A DNA stretch of 63,608 bases, counting the filler, from Rhabdomonas costata (lineage: Eukaryota), in the NCBI GenBank assembly GCA_019059605.1. It is 52 parts of 52 records of this genome, joined end to end, with 100 filler letters (N's around TTAATTAATTAA, not from the genome) between each part and the next. Parts side by side here need not be neighbours in the genome. Positions count along the whole stretch, not along the records: positions 1 to 1,126 come from JAHMHO010027330.1; positions 1,227 to 2,352 come from JAHMHO010027331.1; positions 2,453 to 3,578 come from JAHMHO010027332.1; positions 3,679 to 4,801 come from JAHMHO010027333.1; positions 4,902 to 6,026 come from JAHMHO010027334.1; positions 6,127 to 7,251 come from JAHMHO010027335.1; positions 7,352 to 8,487 come from JAHMHO010027336.1; positions 8,588 to 9,712 come from JAHMHO010027337.1; 44 more parts are not named here. One strand, given 5' to 3'. Within the stretch, counting starts at the first letter, position 1, and every line of letters begins with the position of its first letter. The translations under genes and the position numbers were made by a program. The notes below the pieces were generated by a model. It was not told the origin of the DNA. It saw nothing but the letters and a program-made list of their open reading frames with translations, and made no database searches. Of this stretch, positions 1 to 11,091 are shown piece after piece.

Positions 1-990
1 GGGGTGTGTGCTGTAGTACCACTCGTCTTTCTCGAATGTACCTTAACCTACTGGTTTGCTCTTACCCAGTGCGCAATAGGGAATATCAGCGATCGAGGGG
101 TTTTGCGTGATGCCTGCCGTCTCGCTGATTCTCGTGCGGGCGTTGCCGCCAACGACTGCCGCACTGGCACTTATTTGCTTGCCCAGAGAACTGCTCCGCT
201 GGTGTTTGTGGTTTATGATATGATTCGTAGCTGGGCAAATTCTCTGCAGTGTTGATCTGCTTCACTCAGCTGGGGAAGACGATCATGGCGGCGGCCCTAG
301 TTGCTGCCCGGCCGGTGCGTGGGCCAGCGGGCATCTCGACTAGATTTCCCGGGCGCCCGTTGCGCTCTGGCGGGACCTTGGTCATCACAGGAGTTTCTTT
401 GATCGGTGTGGACCATGGAGTGGTGCAGTCCCAACGATCCTCTCAGCTCAGTGATGGTTCCAAATAAAAATCTAGGTTTTCCTTCGACCGCGGCGCGTTG
501 TAACTTCCCAGCTGCTTCATTTATGTCCCCTGCGGCAAGAGGTCTGTCCATCTTTGTGAAAAAAGTCCCCAGTCGAATGGGTTTGTTGGGAAAGTTACAT
601 CATCAGCGTTATACTCGGGAACTCGGCGCCGTCCCCACTTGCTCCACAACCGCCGCAGCGCTGTGCCGTAGGACTGCCTAGTGAAATGCACCTCGACAGC
701 ATGAGCTCGGCTCGCCCAACGTATTTTTCAGAGAACCAAAAAGCAAGGATGACAAAAGAGAATACATGCTGTGAAGCCAGTGCAGTACCGCCTAGCTTCA
801 AGAAAATGGCATGCCTCACCCACTACCAAACCTTGAAGCAAGAGGGACGTATTCTAATTTAAAAACTAATATTAAATTCGTTCGACACCCTGTACTTGCA
901 TTTCTCGGTCTGTTGCAGTGTGCCAAAGTGCAAGAAAAGCCACCGTCACGTTCCCTCCTCGTCTTTGGAGTCGGTCCTTCTTTGGAGGCA

Positions 991-1120
991 TGGTGTCCAC
1001 CCTGGTTTTTATAAGGTCAGTGGATAAGCGAGCTTCGAGGGTGCACCCAGGGGCTGAAACTGTACGCCCACCACGGCGTGAGTCGGGTCCACCACCTTAT
1101 AAAAACCAGGGTGGACACCA
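991..1120. mobile_element. MITE-like foldback element with 27-bp terminal inverted repeats
   Basis: TGGTGTCCACCCTGGTTTTTATAAGGT (991-1017) is the exact reverse complement of 1094-1120; no recognisable product inside; abuts the contig end. Confidence 0.55.
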
Positions 1121-1126
1121 CACACA

Positions 1127-1226
1127 NNNNNNNNNNNNNNNNNNNNNNNNNNNNNNNNNNNNNNNNNNNNTTAATTAATTAANNNNNNNNNNNNNNNNNN
1201 NNNNNNNNNNNNNNNNNNNNNNNNNN
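1127..1226. other. Artificial contig spacer (first of 51 identical spacers)
   Basis: N44-TTAATTAATTAA-N44 recurs about every 1225 nt up to 62384-62483 and gives stop codons in all six frames. Confidence 0.99.
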
Positions 1227-2452
1227 GGTGGGTTTTGTGGACAATTGGGCAGAGGGGGGACTTCTGTTCTGTCCACGCACGTCTTGTTCTTGCGCATGGG
1301 CATCAGCTAATGAGTATTCTGCAGGGCATTCCGCTCAATATCTGCCCCAGCGGTGCAGAAACTCTTTGAAATGAAAACTTGGAATGAAGAGATACTGAGA
1401 GGGGCAGGAGAAAAGGCAAAGAGAAAGCGAGCAACCGCGTTGGTGGAGCGTTGCGCCCCTTCATTTCCTGTTCCAAGCGCTTGGTGTGTGTGTGTGTGTG
1501 TGGCTGCGGAGAAGGTATTGAATAGTTGTGCAGTGAGGTGTCTCTTTGTCTCACTCCCTTTTTCGTTCTGACATTACGCCTGTCCGCCTTTTAGGTTCCT
1601 CCCCCATCTCAGCACTGAGTTGGGGCTCCTATGCAACCCTCGGGACCCCCGCCCCTTTGTGAGGTCGCTTCACATCGCACGTGCACGATGTGAGTGCACC
1701 TTCCCAAGGTGGGCACGCTCTCTCTTACTCCCGCACTCCGCACTGAATCCATGAAACTCGCTTTGCTCAGCAAAGAAAAGCTATAGAAGCCTTTCTTGGG
1801 CACATATAACCTTTGCAGATCCACCCGTTTGAATTTTTAATCCACGAGAGGATGGCGTGCAGTATTCGATTGCCTCTGTCTTTCTTAGAGTGGTTGCAAA
1901 GTAGTTGTGAATTTATTTTTTGCACCCACCCCTTCTCCTGCCATCATGCAACGTCGGAAGGGAGTTCTTAACGGATAACGCTGGAAAGTTTTATTTTTTT
2001 ACCGTTGCATCGTTGTGAAGCAGCGGGATGTTTGTTTTTATAAAACGTTAAGCCATTGTTCTTTGACACACTTGATTCAAGTCCAGTGCCACCTGCAAGT
2101 TACCCTCGGAATGGTGTGTTGGCCTCCTCGCAAAGCCAAACCGCTTTCCCCTAGACGTCACACGTACTCCCCAAACACCGTCGACCTGCTCGACTCATTG
2201 ATGCTCAAATTGGTGCCGTCCGGATCGCTACCGTTTTCCTTTTGGGAAACACATTAAGACCTGTGGGAACTTGCCCAATCATCATTCAGGTTCGGTCCAC
2301 TGTCACATCACATTCGCACCATGTGTGGAAACGTGGCTGCACGTGCTTGGCANNNNNNNNNNNNNNNNNNNNNNNNNNNNNNNNNNNNNNNNNNNNTTAA
2401 TTAATTAANNNNNNNNNNNNNNNNNNNNNNNNNNNNNNNNNNNNNNNNNNNN

Positions 2453-3578
2453 GGTGTGTTGTCGCAGCGTGACTTTGAATGGTGGACACTGTTGTTGTGG
2501 AGGTGGAGTGCCGTGTTGTTTCGCATGGTGTGAATGCTTTTCGTAAAGAGAACAAAAGTTCGAATCGTATTAAAGTAAAGCTTTTTTGTGGTAAGAATCA
2601 TTCAGCTAGAAGAGCTGAGCCGTTGGAGTGATCGGACGTCGGAGGCAGAAGTGCATCCTCCGTCCTAGCAGTGGAAGGTGTAACGGCTCAGCATACGTAG
2701 GAAGAACGCTTTGTAGTAGAAAATAAAAGAGACATCTTGGTGAGCCAGACAAGATTTTCTTAGTAGCGTAGTAGCTTGGTTAGTTGCAGAAGTTGGTCAG
2801 GAGCTCAGAGGAGATCGTTTTAAATAGCAGAGATCAGTTGCGAGAGCAGTAGAAAAGCGAGCTAGCAGCAGGCAGTTCGTAAGGACAGCTTTTTGTAGAA
2901 GGCAGTGGTGCAGAGCAAAGTCCAGTTGAGAAGCCAGTGTGGAAAGCAGGTTTCTCAAAGGAGAGGTTTCAGAAAGAGAGTTTTAGGAACAGAGGCAATC
3001 AAGATGAAGCTTTGAACATAGTGCTGGGAGCGAAGGCGGCGGAAAACAAGAAGGAGCAGGAGGACGGTGCTGAGTAGAGCCGTTCCGAATGACGCCGTTG
3101 AGGAGGACAATGCCGCAGAGCTGAGCACACGACGAGTTGGCCGCGCAGGTTTGGAGAAGTTGATCGAGAAGGCCGTGGAAAGCAGCCCCGGGAGGACAGG
3201 AAGGGGGAGGAAAAGTGCTGCTGGCGGCGGGTTGAGGCAGCAAGGCCCCGGCCAACAGCGCCAGTTGAGGAGAAGACCTTGGGAAATCGCAGTGGGACCC
3301 GGTGCGGGAGGGCAAGCCGACGAGAAGAAGCAGAGCGGGAAGAGAAGCTGAAGAAGAACAACCCCGAGAGACGAGAGGTAGCCCGAAGCCGAGGTCAGAG
3401 CAGAGGAAAGGAAGGCAGGGCAAAGAGAAAAGAGAAGAGCAGCCCGACCCAAAAAAGGACAGAAAAGCCAGAAGCAGAGAGCGAGAGCATATATCAGGAG
3501 AGAGAAAAGTGGGACAAAGGAGGCCGAAGCGGAGAGAAAGAGAGACAGCGAGAAGCAGGGATAAAAAGGGAGGGAGCA
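2453..3578 (+). mobile_element. Probable 5' part of an LTR retrotransposon (LTR end, PBS, purine-rich degenerate leader/gag)
   Basis: AATAAA, then ..ACA (2734), then TGGTGAGCCAGACAAGA (2738-2754), 14/17 match to the tRNA-Arg(ACG)-type PBS TGGCGAGCCAGCCAGGA; downstream sequence is strongly A/G-skewed, with broken charged ORFs and no obvious splice sites. Confidence 0.45.
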
Positions 3579-3686
3579 NNNNNNNNNNNNNNNNNNNNNN
3601 NNNNNNNNNNNNNNNNNNNNNNTTAATTAATTAANNNNNNNNNNNNNNNNNNNNNNNNNNNNNNNNNNNNNNNNNNNNACCAGAGT

Positions 3687-3837
3687 GGAGAGGAGGGGAG
3701 AGGACAGGACAGGACAGGACAGGACAGGAGAGGAAAGGAGAGGACAGGACAGGACAGGACAGGACAGGACAGGACAGGACAGGAGGGGAAAGGAGAGGAC
3801 AGGACAGGACAGGACAGGACAGGAGAGGACAGGAGAG
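3687..3837. repeat. (AGGAC)n pentanucleotide microsatellite with AGGAG variants
   Basis: Directly visible tandem repeat. Confidence 0.95.
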
Positions 3838-4476
3838 GGTCATTGGCATACCTCCTTCCAAAGCTGATACGTTTCATCCACGTTGATCAGGAGGGGTGGG
3901 ACAGTGTCATCTCTCAGCTGCAAAATATCACGATGGAGGGAGGATGTAGTACAGCAGGCAATTTAAACCAACAACGCCATGGCTTTAAACACCTCACGAC
4001 CGCACCTCACAGCCACGATTCCGTCGGAATTTTCACTGAAAATACCCACGGCGACGGTGCTCGAGTAAACCAGAATGCACATATATAATACACCCTCACC
4101 CCAAAAAAAGCCACGCGCACACAATAAATCGTTCAGTCAATAGTAGTTGGCACCAAAACCCGTCAACCAAAAGCGCATGGATGAGCTGGTAAGTTAAAGA
4201 GTACACGGGGTGGCGATGAGTGCGGCGATGACGAGCAGGGAAAGTGTCTTTCCCCGCCATATTCCCTCTCCCCTATTCATCAGGAATCACAGAGACTTGC
4301 AATGTCTCGGATAAAGCAACAGAATTAAGGCAGAACAGCAGAGCAGCGAAAAAACAGGTGAACGGGAAGAATGAGAGATGAGAGAGAAGGAGATGAGACA
4401 GATGAGAGGGAAGAGCTGCAGGGGAGAAAGTGCGTAAGCGCGGGAAGAAGCGCAACTGATCGGAGGACACGCAGAC

Positions 4477-4651
4477 CAGTGGGGTTTGCGAGTTGGGCTT
4501 TGCGGCAGTTGTAGATCACCGCGAGCTGGACCTTCCGGCTGTGGGCCAGGCTGACAATGGACTCCTCCGTCGCCAGCTGTGCCGCCGTAGGCTTGCGTGC
4601 GGGGTCCACAACCAGCAGCGCCAGGTCGCTCTCCTTCAGCACGTTCTGAGC
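4477..4651 (-). CDS. Exon of a TRAFAC GTPase (HydF/MnmE-like, region after G3 through G4)
   Basis: cag|AQNVLKESDLALLVVDPARKPTAAQLATEESIVSLAHSRKVQLAVIYNCRK..|gt; the pattern 'VL..xDLALLVVD...hhhhN' fits HydF/MnmE G domains; the G4 NKxD motif is degenerate. Confidence 0.5.
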
Positions 4652-5274
4652 CTGTAAGAGGGAAAAACGGGGCTTTGGCGGAGCAGTGGGACACGTTTAG
4701 TTAGTTTTAGGAAGCCAGTCCTGAGTCAATTGCTTCTAAATGGAATTAAGCAAAACAGGGAGGAACCTTTAATCAGACGTTAAGAGGTTGAGCAAAAAAA
4801 CNNNNNNNNNNNNNNNNNNNNNNNNNNNNNNNNNNNNNNNNNNNNTTAATTAATTAANNNNNNNNNNNNNNNNNNNNNNNNNNNNNNNNNNNNNNNNNNN
4901 NCCCACCAGTCAGCTGTACAATACCTTTTTTTCAGACCTTAAGAAGATGAGTAAAGGATGTGGTGACCGATGTTTTGTATCTTGGAGGGGGGGCAGTGTG
5001 TTACCCTGAGGCAGTCGTCTGACGTTGCCATTGCAGCACAGTGCCGAAATGACCACAATCGCTGCAGATGGATAGCGACATCGCTCCTATATCATACTGT
5101 TGCCTCTTTGGGTAGGATCTCTCTCTCGATCCCTGTTCAGATTTGGTAAATTGTTTTGGGCTTAAGCGTCGCACATCAAAGTTGGTAGGCACCGGGTTTC
5201 AGGCCTTTGGTGCAACAGCTCGCTCTTCTCCGAGGCACCGCTTGGTTGCTGACAGCTTGTTTCCTTCAAAATAG

Positions 5275-5671
5275 GGAAAACGGAGCGGTTCAAGGTTTTC
5301 AAGGTGGGTAACGTCCTGTTTGCCAGCCATGGGATGGGGATGCCCAGCCTGAACATTCTTCTCCACGAGCTAGTCAAGCTGCTGCACTACGCGCAGTGCC
5401 CCCCGATTCCCATCATTCGGTTTTCTTTCTTCTGTTCGTTTCATTTTGAAAGCAGTCGTGGCCCCTCTTCCATGAGAGGATATGCCTGATTTAGGGTCCA
5501 GGGGGCGAAGCATTATTTATTTTATTGTTTGATCTGGTCTTCGGTATCTGTGGGGTTCACAGGGCAGGGACGTCCGGAGGAATCGGTGTGCCCCCAGGCA
5601 CTGCAGTGATCACCTCCCACTCCGTCAATGGAGAGCTGGAAGAGCTATACAAGCTGCCGATCCTGGGAAAG
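5275..5671 (+). CDS. UPP: Uridine phosphorylase, eukaryotic type; two exons, 5275-5419 and 5563-5671
   Basis: Spliced peptide KTERFKVFKVGNVLFASHGMGMPSLNILLHELVKLLHYA..IIR|AGTSGGIGVPPGTAVIT contains the SHGMGxPS and RxGTSGGIG motifs; the phase-2 GT-AG intron keeps frame. Confidence 0.92.
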
Positions 5672-7372
5672 GTGTGTCCTCGTGTTTGGGCACTTTCACA
5701 TCGTCGTTCCTGTATGCAAAAAATGAATTGAACATCCTTGGGGTCTTGGAAACGGGCTTTGACGGAGGCTATTTTTAAATACTTGGTCGACTATTTTTTT
5801 GAAGATGGATGTTTGTACTTTTGGTATGGCACGCACATCGTTCAAATCGCTCGTTCAAATTTGTTGCATTGAAAGAAAGAGGAGGAACAGGAGCGAAGCG
5901 AGTGTGACGACAGAGTGCATAACAAGAACTGTGCACATGAACATGAGCGTAGCGAGTGTGAATGTGAACCGTGACCACAACGCACAAAACGAAGCCACAC
6001 AACGCATGAAGCACGAACACCAACCTNNNNNNNNNNNNNNNNNNNNNNNNNNNNNNNNNNNNNNNNNNNNTTAATTAATTAANNNNNNNNNNNNNNNNNN
6101 NNNNNNNNNNNNNNNNNNNNNNNNNNCAGCATCGGGCATCATCACGTCTCTCGGTTACGTTTGTGCATAGGCCGGGCTGCTTGGGTATGCGATATGGATA
6201 TGCGGTGCGTGCTTTTGCTTTTATGTGTCATTGGTTGGAACTTTACCTTCCTTCCATTTCCATTTCGTTCTCTGCATGCATTGTCAGTAATCTGTGGTCT
6301 GAAATTGTCGTTGTGTTTGCCACACAGGGTAGGAATGGTCGATGGGGGGGGGGTATGCCTTCTGCCCTCTTGTCTCTTTTGGCTGGATTGATTCGTCCAC
6401 CCTTCGCCGTGCGTGCCCCCTCACAGAAGTGAAGAGCCTCCGCCTGTCACTTCCCAATACACATGTACCTGTGCGTGTCTCTACGTCCACCGTCTCACTC
6501 TTCATTTCTCCACCTACCGCATTCTCTTTCTCTTTCTCGACGCCTTCCTTTTTCCTAGAGCGGGGCCGACGTGTTGTACTCAAATTTGTCTGCTTTCCCG
6601 TGGTTTGCAGGAAGGATCACCCACCCGACTTCCGATTAAAGACACCACCTGCGTACCTCCGGTCTGAGGTAGTATACGCACTTTCCGTAAAGGTATGGAG
6701 GGAGAGCGGGTGATGGTATGTAGGGTCACGTTGTCATGAGGCCAGTCTCTTGTCGCTGTTGCTCGCGCCGTTAAAGATCGCCGGCACTTACGCTGCAATA
6801 CCTGTCCGCTTTTTTCGGCATGCCCTTCACACCTGACTTGATCGTCATGACTCCAAGGGGTCTGCAGACGTGAAGAAACCAAGACAATTGGGGAAGGCGA
6901 GCGAGTAGCCGAGAAGCATAACTCATGGCCCGCGGCGGGAGTGGTGCGGGGAGGAGTACACAGTGCTCCTTTCTGACTTAATGTTCACTCTTCAAGTTAT
7001 CTCCTCTTCAGCCACTCCTTTTCGGTGTTTTTTTGGCTCTTCTCACCACAGAATGGCGAACTGGTTGGTCCACTCGCCGTACTCCTTCGATGGTTTGTGC
7101 CTCCCCTCCCTCCTCTGGCCGCCGCTTTCTCATAGCAGCCCCGCAAGCCAGGAAACGTTGCCCAAGAACGCCGAAGAAACCTCTCTCTCACTCTTTCTTT
7201 TTCCGTGTCTCCCTGTCTCCACGTAAAAGTCATTGCTTTCCCACCCCAAAANNNNNNNNNNNNNNNNNNNNNNNNNNNNNNNNNNNNNNNNNNNNTTAAT
7301 TAATTAANNNNNNNNNNNNNNNNNNNNNNNNNNNNNNNNNNNNNNNNNNNNGGGTGCGTGTAAGCGTAAGAG

Positions 7373-7510
7373 TGTGTTGTGTTGTGTTGTGTTGTGTTGT
7401 GTTGTGTTGTGTTGTGTTGTGTTGTGTTGTGTTGTGTTGTGTTGTGTTGTGTTGTGTTGTGTTGTGTTGTGTTGTGTTGTGTTGTGTTGTGTTGTGTTGT
7501 GTTGTGTTGT
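7373..7510. repeat. (GTTGT)n pentanucleotide microsatellite
   Basis: Directly visible, about 27 perfect units. Confidence 0.97.
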
Positions 7511-7549
7511 GCTGTGTGTGCGAGTATGTGCGTGTGTGTGTACTGGGGG

Positions 7550-8276
7550 ACGGGAGCCAAACCTGGTCGTAGAAGCCGACAAAGCCGGGGTCTACTCCGA
7601 AAAAGCTGCGGCCCGGGGTGCGGTGCTGGGGGCAGGGGTGCTTCCATATGTTGCGCACTTCCTGCGCAAACAGATATGAACACAAACACACAATTGGAAT
7701 GCAGAAGCTCCCTTCAAGCTCACCTTCAGATTGTTAAAAACGTCCCAGGAATTGGGTGAAATAAAAATGGTGGTTGTGCGATGTGGTGTGGCGATACATC
7801 GCAGGACACCAACGAACAGAAACCAAGAACCACCACAGGAGTTCTTTTTCTTTCCAAATCCCTTGAAATTTTCCCGCGTGTTCGCCCGGTGCACTGCACA
7901 CACTTTTCTCTACCTTTGGGTCGGGCACAGGTTAATTTAATCCCTTGGGCCGAATACGCAATGCACCGAACACGCACACCATGGAATTTTTATGTTTTTT
8001 CTCCACCACCAAGTATGGGGTGTTCCAGAGTCCTGCTCTACCGTGCCCCAGGGAGGAGCTTCTAAATCTGCAGGGAAGAGGACTGGAGTTTGAGATTCCC
8101 AGACCTCAAGTGCCTTCTGAGTATGGGCGGGCAGGGTGGCGGGGATGGGCACGGCGAGGTTTTCCTCGTAGGCCAGGGCGACAGCCTCGGCCATCTGTGA
8201 GAGGTCCTCGAGCACCAGCAGGCTGGCCACCGTCCCAAACCACCCTCGCATCGCCAAATCCACTTCCGACAAGCCC
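7550..8276 (-). CDS. Probable exons of an unidentified protein (boundaries approximate)
   Basis: cag|GLSEVDLAMRGWFGTVASLLVLEDLSQMAEAVALAYEENLAVPIPATLPAHTQKALE|gt and cag|EVRNIWKHPCPQHRTPGRSFFGVDPGFVGFYDQ|gt; GC-rich and bounded by splice sites. Confidence 0.5.
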
Positions 8277-8795
8277 TGAGTGCTGAGCACCATTATGTTA
8301 CCACACAGACACACAGACACACACGCAGTCCAGAGAGAAAAGCGCACACAGCGACGGTTGGGCGCTCTTTGAAATTCACAGAAAATGAGACGGGTCGCAC
8401 GCAGTCTGAGAAGACTACGAGTTGTCTGCGGGAAACGAATTTAGCGAAGACGCAACGGCATCCTTGATCACAGAGAACACCAAACCCNNNNNNNNNNNNN
8501 NNNNNNNNNNNNNNNNNNNNNNNNNNNNNNNTTAATTAATTAANNNNNNNNNNNNNNNNNNNNNNNNNNNNNNNNNNNNNNNNNNNNGGGTGGTGTTTCC
8601 CTATGTTCACGGATGCACCACAATGAGGAGTGCAAGGTGATGAAGGGTAAATTATGCGATTATAACATTGACGGTTCCCCAGTGCAATTTGTTCAGCAAA
8701 TGCAGAAGATGAAAAAAGAAAAAAGAAACAGGAAAAAGGTCGTAATCGGAACCGATTGCGAAACGCGTGGGAGGAGGAGTGCACTGACACATCAC

Positions 8796-9307
8796 CGATG
8801 GGGTTGGGCCGGTGTGGCGAGCGGCAGGCGAACACGCCCACCTTCTGCTTGTGCGCCTCTCGTGGAGTTTCAATGAAGGGCCGCCACTCCGTGCGGGTCT
8901 CCAGATCCCTGCAACCCCAACCAGGGCACTTGCCTTTTTCCTCGAAGAAGCAACACAAAGTGCGCAACCACCGATTTCAGTTCCAAGCCAAGCCGTGAAT
9001 GATGAAAACGCTCAAATGCAGCCTATAAGAAAAGTAACGACGCAGAAGCAGGCAAGCGGCCTTCTAGGCCTTACTAATGAGTACTCCACAGGCACCTGTG
9101 GAAGACGTAGACAAGCCAGACGTGAGAGAAGGTCTCCAGGCCCTCCACGGCCTGAGAAAACCTCTCGTCACGAAAAAGCTCCACCACAGCGGGGGCGCAC
9201 GGCACCAGCCCGGCCTGCCGGGGGGTCCCGAACTTCTCCGTGAAGCAGCTGTGCACCACTCCGATGGCGGGGAACTGGAACTGCGGGGCCTCATCCTCCA
9301 CCGAAGC
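8796..9307 (-). CDS. TRMO: tRNA (m6t6A37) methyltransferase TrmO/TsaA; two exons, 9307-9096 and 8908-8796
   Basis: PAIGVVHSCFTEKFGTPRQAGLV..GLETFSHVWLVYVFH and KVGVFACRSPHRPNPIG are TsaA signature motifs; the GT-AG intron keeps frame. Confidence 0.93.
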
Positions 9308-10745
9308 CTGCGTTCAGGAGAGGCGTGCAACTGACTCAGCAGAGAAGGAGAAGAGACCATCCTGTCAAGCCATGGGATTCCTTCAGACACTAATGCGAAG
9401 GGTCCTGCACCGCTTTCAAACCCCGCTTCCCCATTTTCCGGATTGCCCGTTTGCCAACCCACAGCCGCCTGGAGCAGCTCAGGGCCGGCGCTCGCACTTC
9501 CTCTTCGAGCCCTTCGTGCCCCTCTCCCTCTTTAAGCAGAAAGCTAAGGTCCTGACTGACTTGGTGCCACCGTCCAGTAAAATCGCGCTGCACCAAGACG
9601 ACAAAAACCAACCCCGAAGAATGAGAGGGGAAGGGAAGGGGAGGACGCACCGGTGGCGCGGCCAACCTCCTTCGCCGCTTTCCGGGCGCCGGTTCCACTT
9701 CCCCCCAACCCCNNNNNNNNNNNNNNNNNNNNNNNNNNNNNNNNNNNNNNNNNNNNTTAATTAATTAANNNNNNNNNNNNNNNNNNNNNNNNNNNNNNNN
9801 NNNNNNNNNNNNTCCAAGGAACGCAGGGGAGGGGGGGACTTGACAGAAAGGTGTAGGTCAAGGTTTCGACAAGTTCCCACAATCCGCGACCATGTTCATC
9901 AGACTGGTACCAAAATCCAAAACCGGCTCTAAACTCGTGCGCACGCATGGTGATGGTGGCGGCGGTGGCTTTGCACAGTATCTGACGGGTGCAGTGACTG
10001 CGCTGGAGATTCGTAAAGCGATTCTGGCGGTCGGAGCCACCAAAGCGTGACCTAGAGCATGCAATCACCATTCGATAATAAGATAACAAGACAAAGTCCT
10101 TCGCGCATTCTGAGTTTCAAAAACCGCAGGCAGCGGTTTCTCTGGGTCCTGTCCTTCACCCCCTCAGCCCAAGGGGTAAGATTTGCCCAAGAGAAAGCTT
10201 TGCACCAACTCCCGCACAACGAAGCACTGTTCCGTAGTCGAAGGCGTCCTTCCGCCACAAACATTCTTCCATAGATCAGTCTGCACCCTCTGCCTACTCG
10301 CCAGCTTTCGCCCCCACGTAGATAATCATATGTCCGCATTTGGTTCTTTTGATCATGCAGGCACACTTCCACGCTTCCGCGCAAACCCCACCCTCATTCT
10401 CGGTCATAGAAGTGAAAAAAGTCAGTCATGGTCCTTCCCTCACATGAGAGAGCATTGAATATGAGGGGTGGAGGTGAATTCCCAACGCTGGGCGAGGTCA
10501 ACATCAAGAATTCAGGGCAAGAGACGTTCGCCAGAAGAGAAAGAAGAGAAAGATTGGAGGGCATCGAAATTATGTGAACATAACAGGGTCGATCTGCACC
10601 TGTTTCCGAAATCGGAAACGGAGTGAGTGAGTGAGTGAGCGAGCGAGCGAAAAAGTGAGTGTATACGAAGGAGTGGATATGGACGCGGGAAAGAGGAAGA
10701 ATGTGCGTGTGTGGGTCTATGTGTGTGTGATTGGGAGGTGGAGGC

Positions 10746-10937
10746 TCACAGCAAGGCTCGCTGCGAGGCCTGGACTTTCGCCGCGAGGTACCTCGCCAGC
10801 TCGTCCCCGTGGAGGTAGGTCGCCAGGGCGCCCTGGAACTCCCCCACCGCCTTCAGGGCCTCCCGCCCGGCAGGGCTGTGGCTCAGCTCCGTGGCGTGTG
10901 CGCTGCTCGCCCACCACTGCAGCCGCACATGCGTCCC
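10746..10937 (-). CDS. Probable terminal exon of an unidentified protein
   Basis: GC-rich ORF ..REALKAVGEFQGALATYLHGDELARYLAAKVQASQRALL* followed by UTR-like simple repeats. Confidence 0.45.
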   Translation of the reverse strand, partial: GTHVRLQWWASSAHATELSHSPAGREALKAVGEFQGALATYLHGDELARYLAAKVQASQRALL

Positions 10938-11039
10938 NNNNNNNNNNNNNNNNNNNNNNNNNNNNNNNNNNNNNNNNNNNNTTAATTAATTAANNNNNNN
11001 NNNNNNNNNNNNNNNNNNNNNNNNNNNNNNNNNNNNNTG

Positions 11040-11091
11040 TGTTGGGTGTGGGTGTGGGTGTGGGTGTGGGTGTGGGTGTGGGTGTGGGTGT
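11040..11091. repeat. (GGGTGT)n hexanucleotide repeat at the contig start
   Basis: Directly visible; begins with the primer-like TGTGTTGGGTGTG. Confidence 0.9.

Noticed and set aside
1240..1362. Possible in-frame TGA (selenoprotein or recoding) on the minus strand
   Set aside because: No recognisable selenoprotein motif, and no reading frame could be anchored by homology
11038..11091. (GGGTGT)n as a telomere
   Set aside because: Short, the G-rich strand runs inward from the contig start, and it is a favoured site for G/T primers
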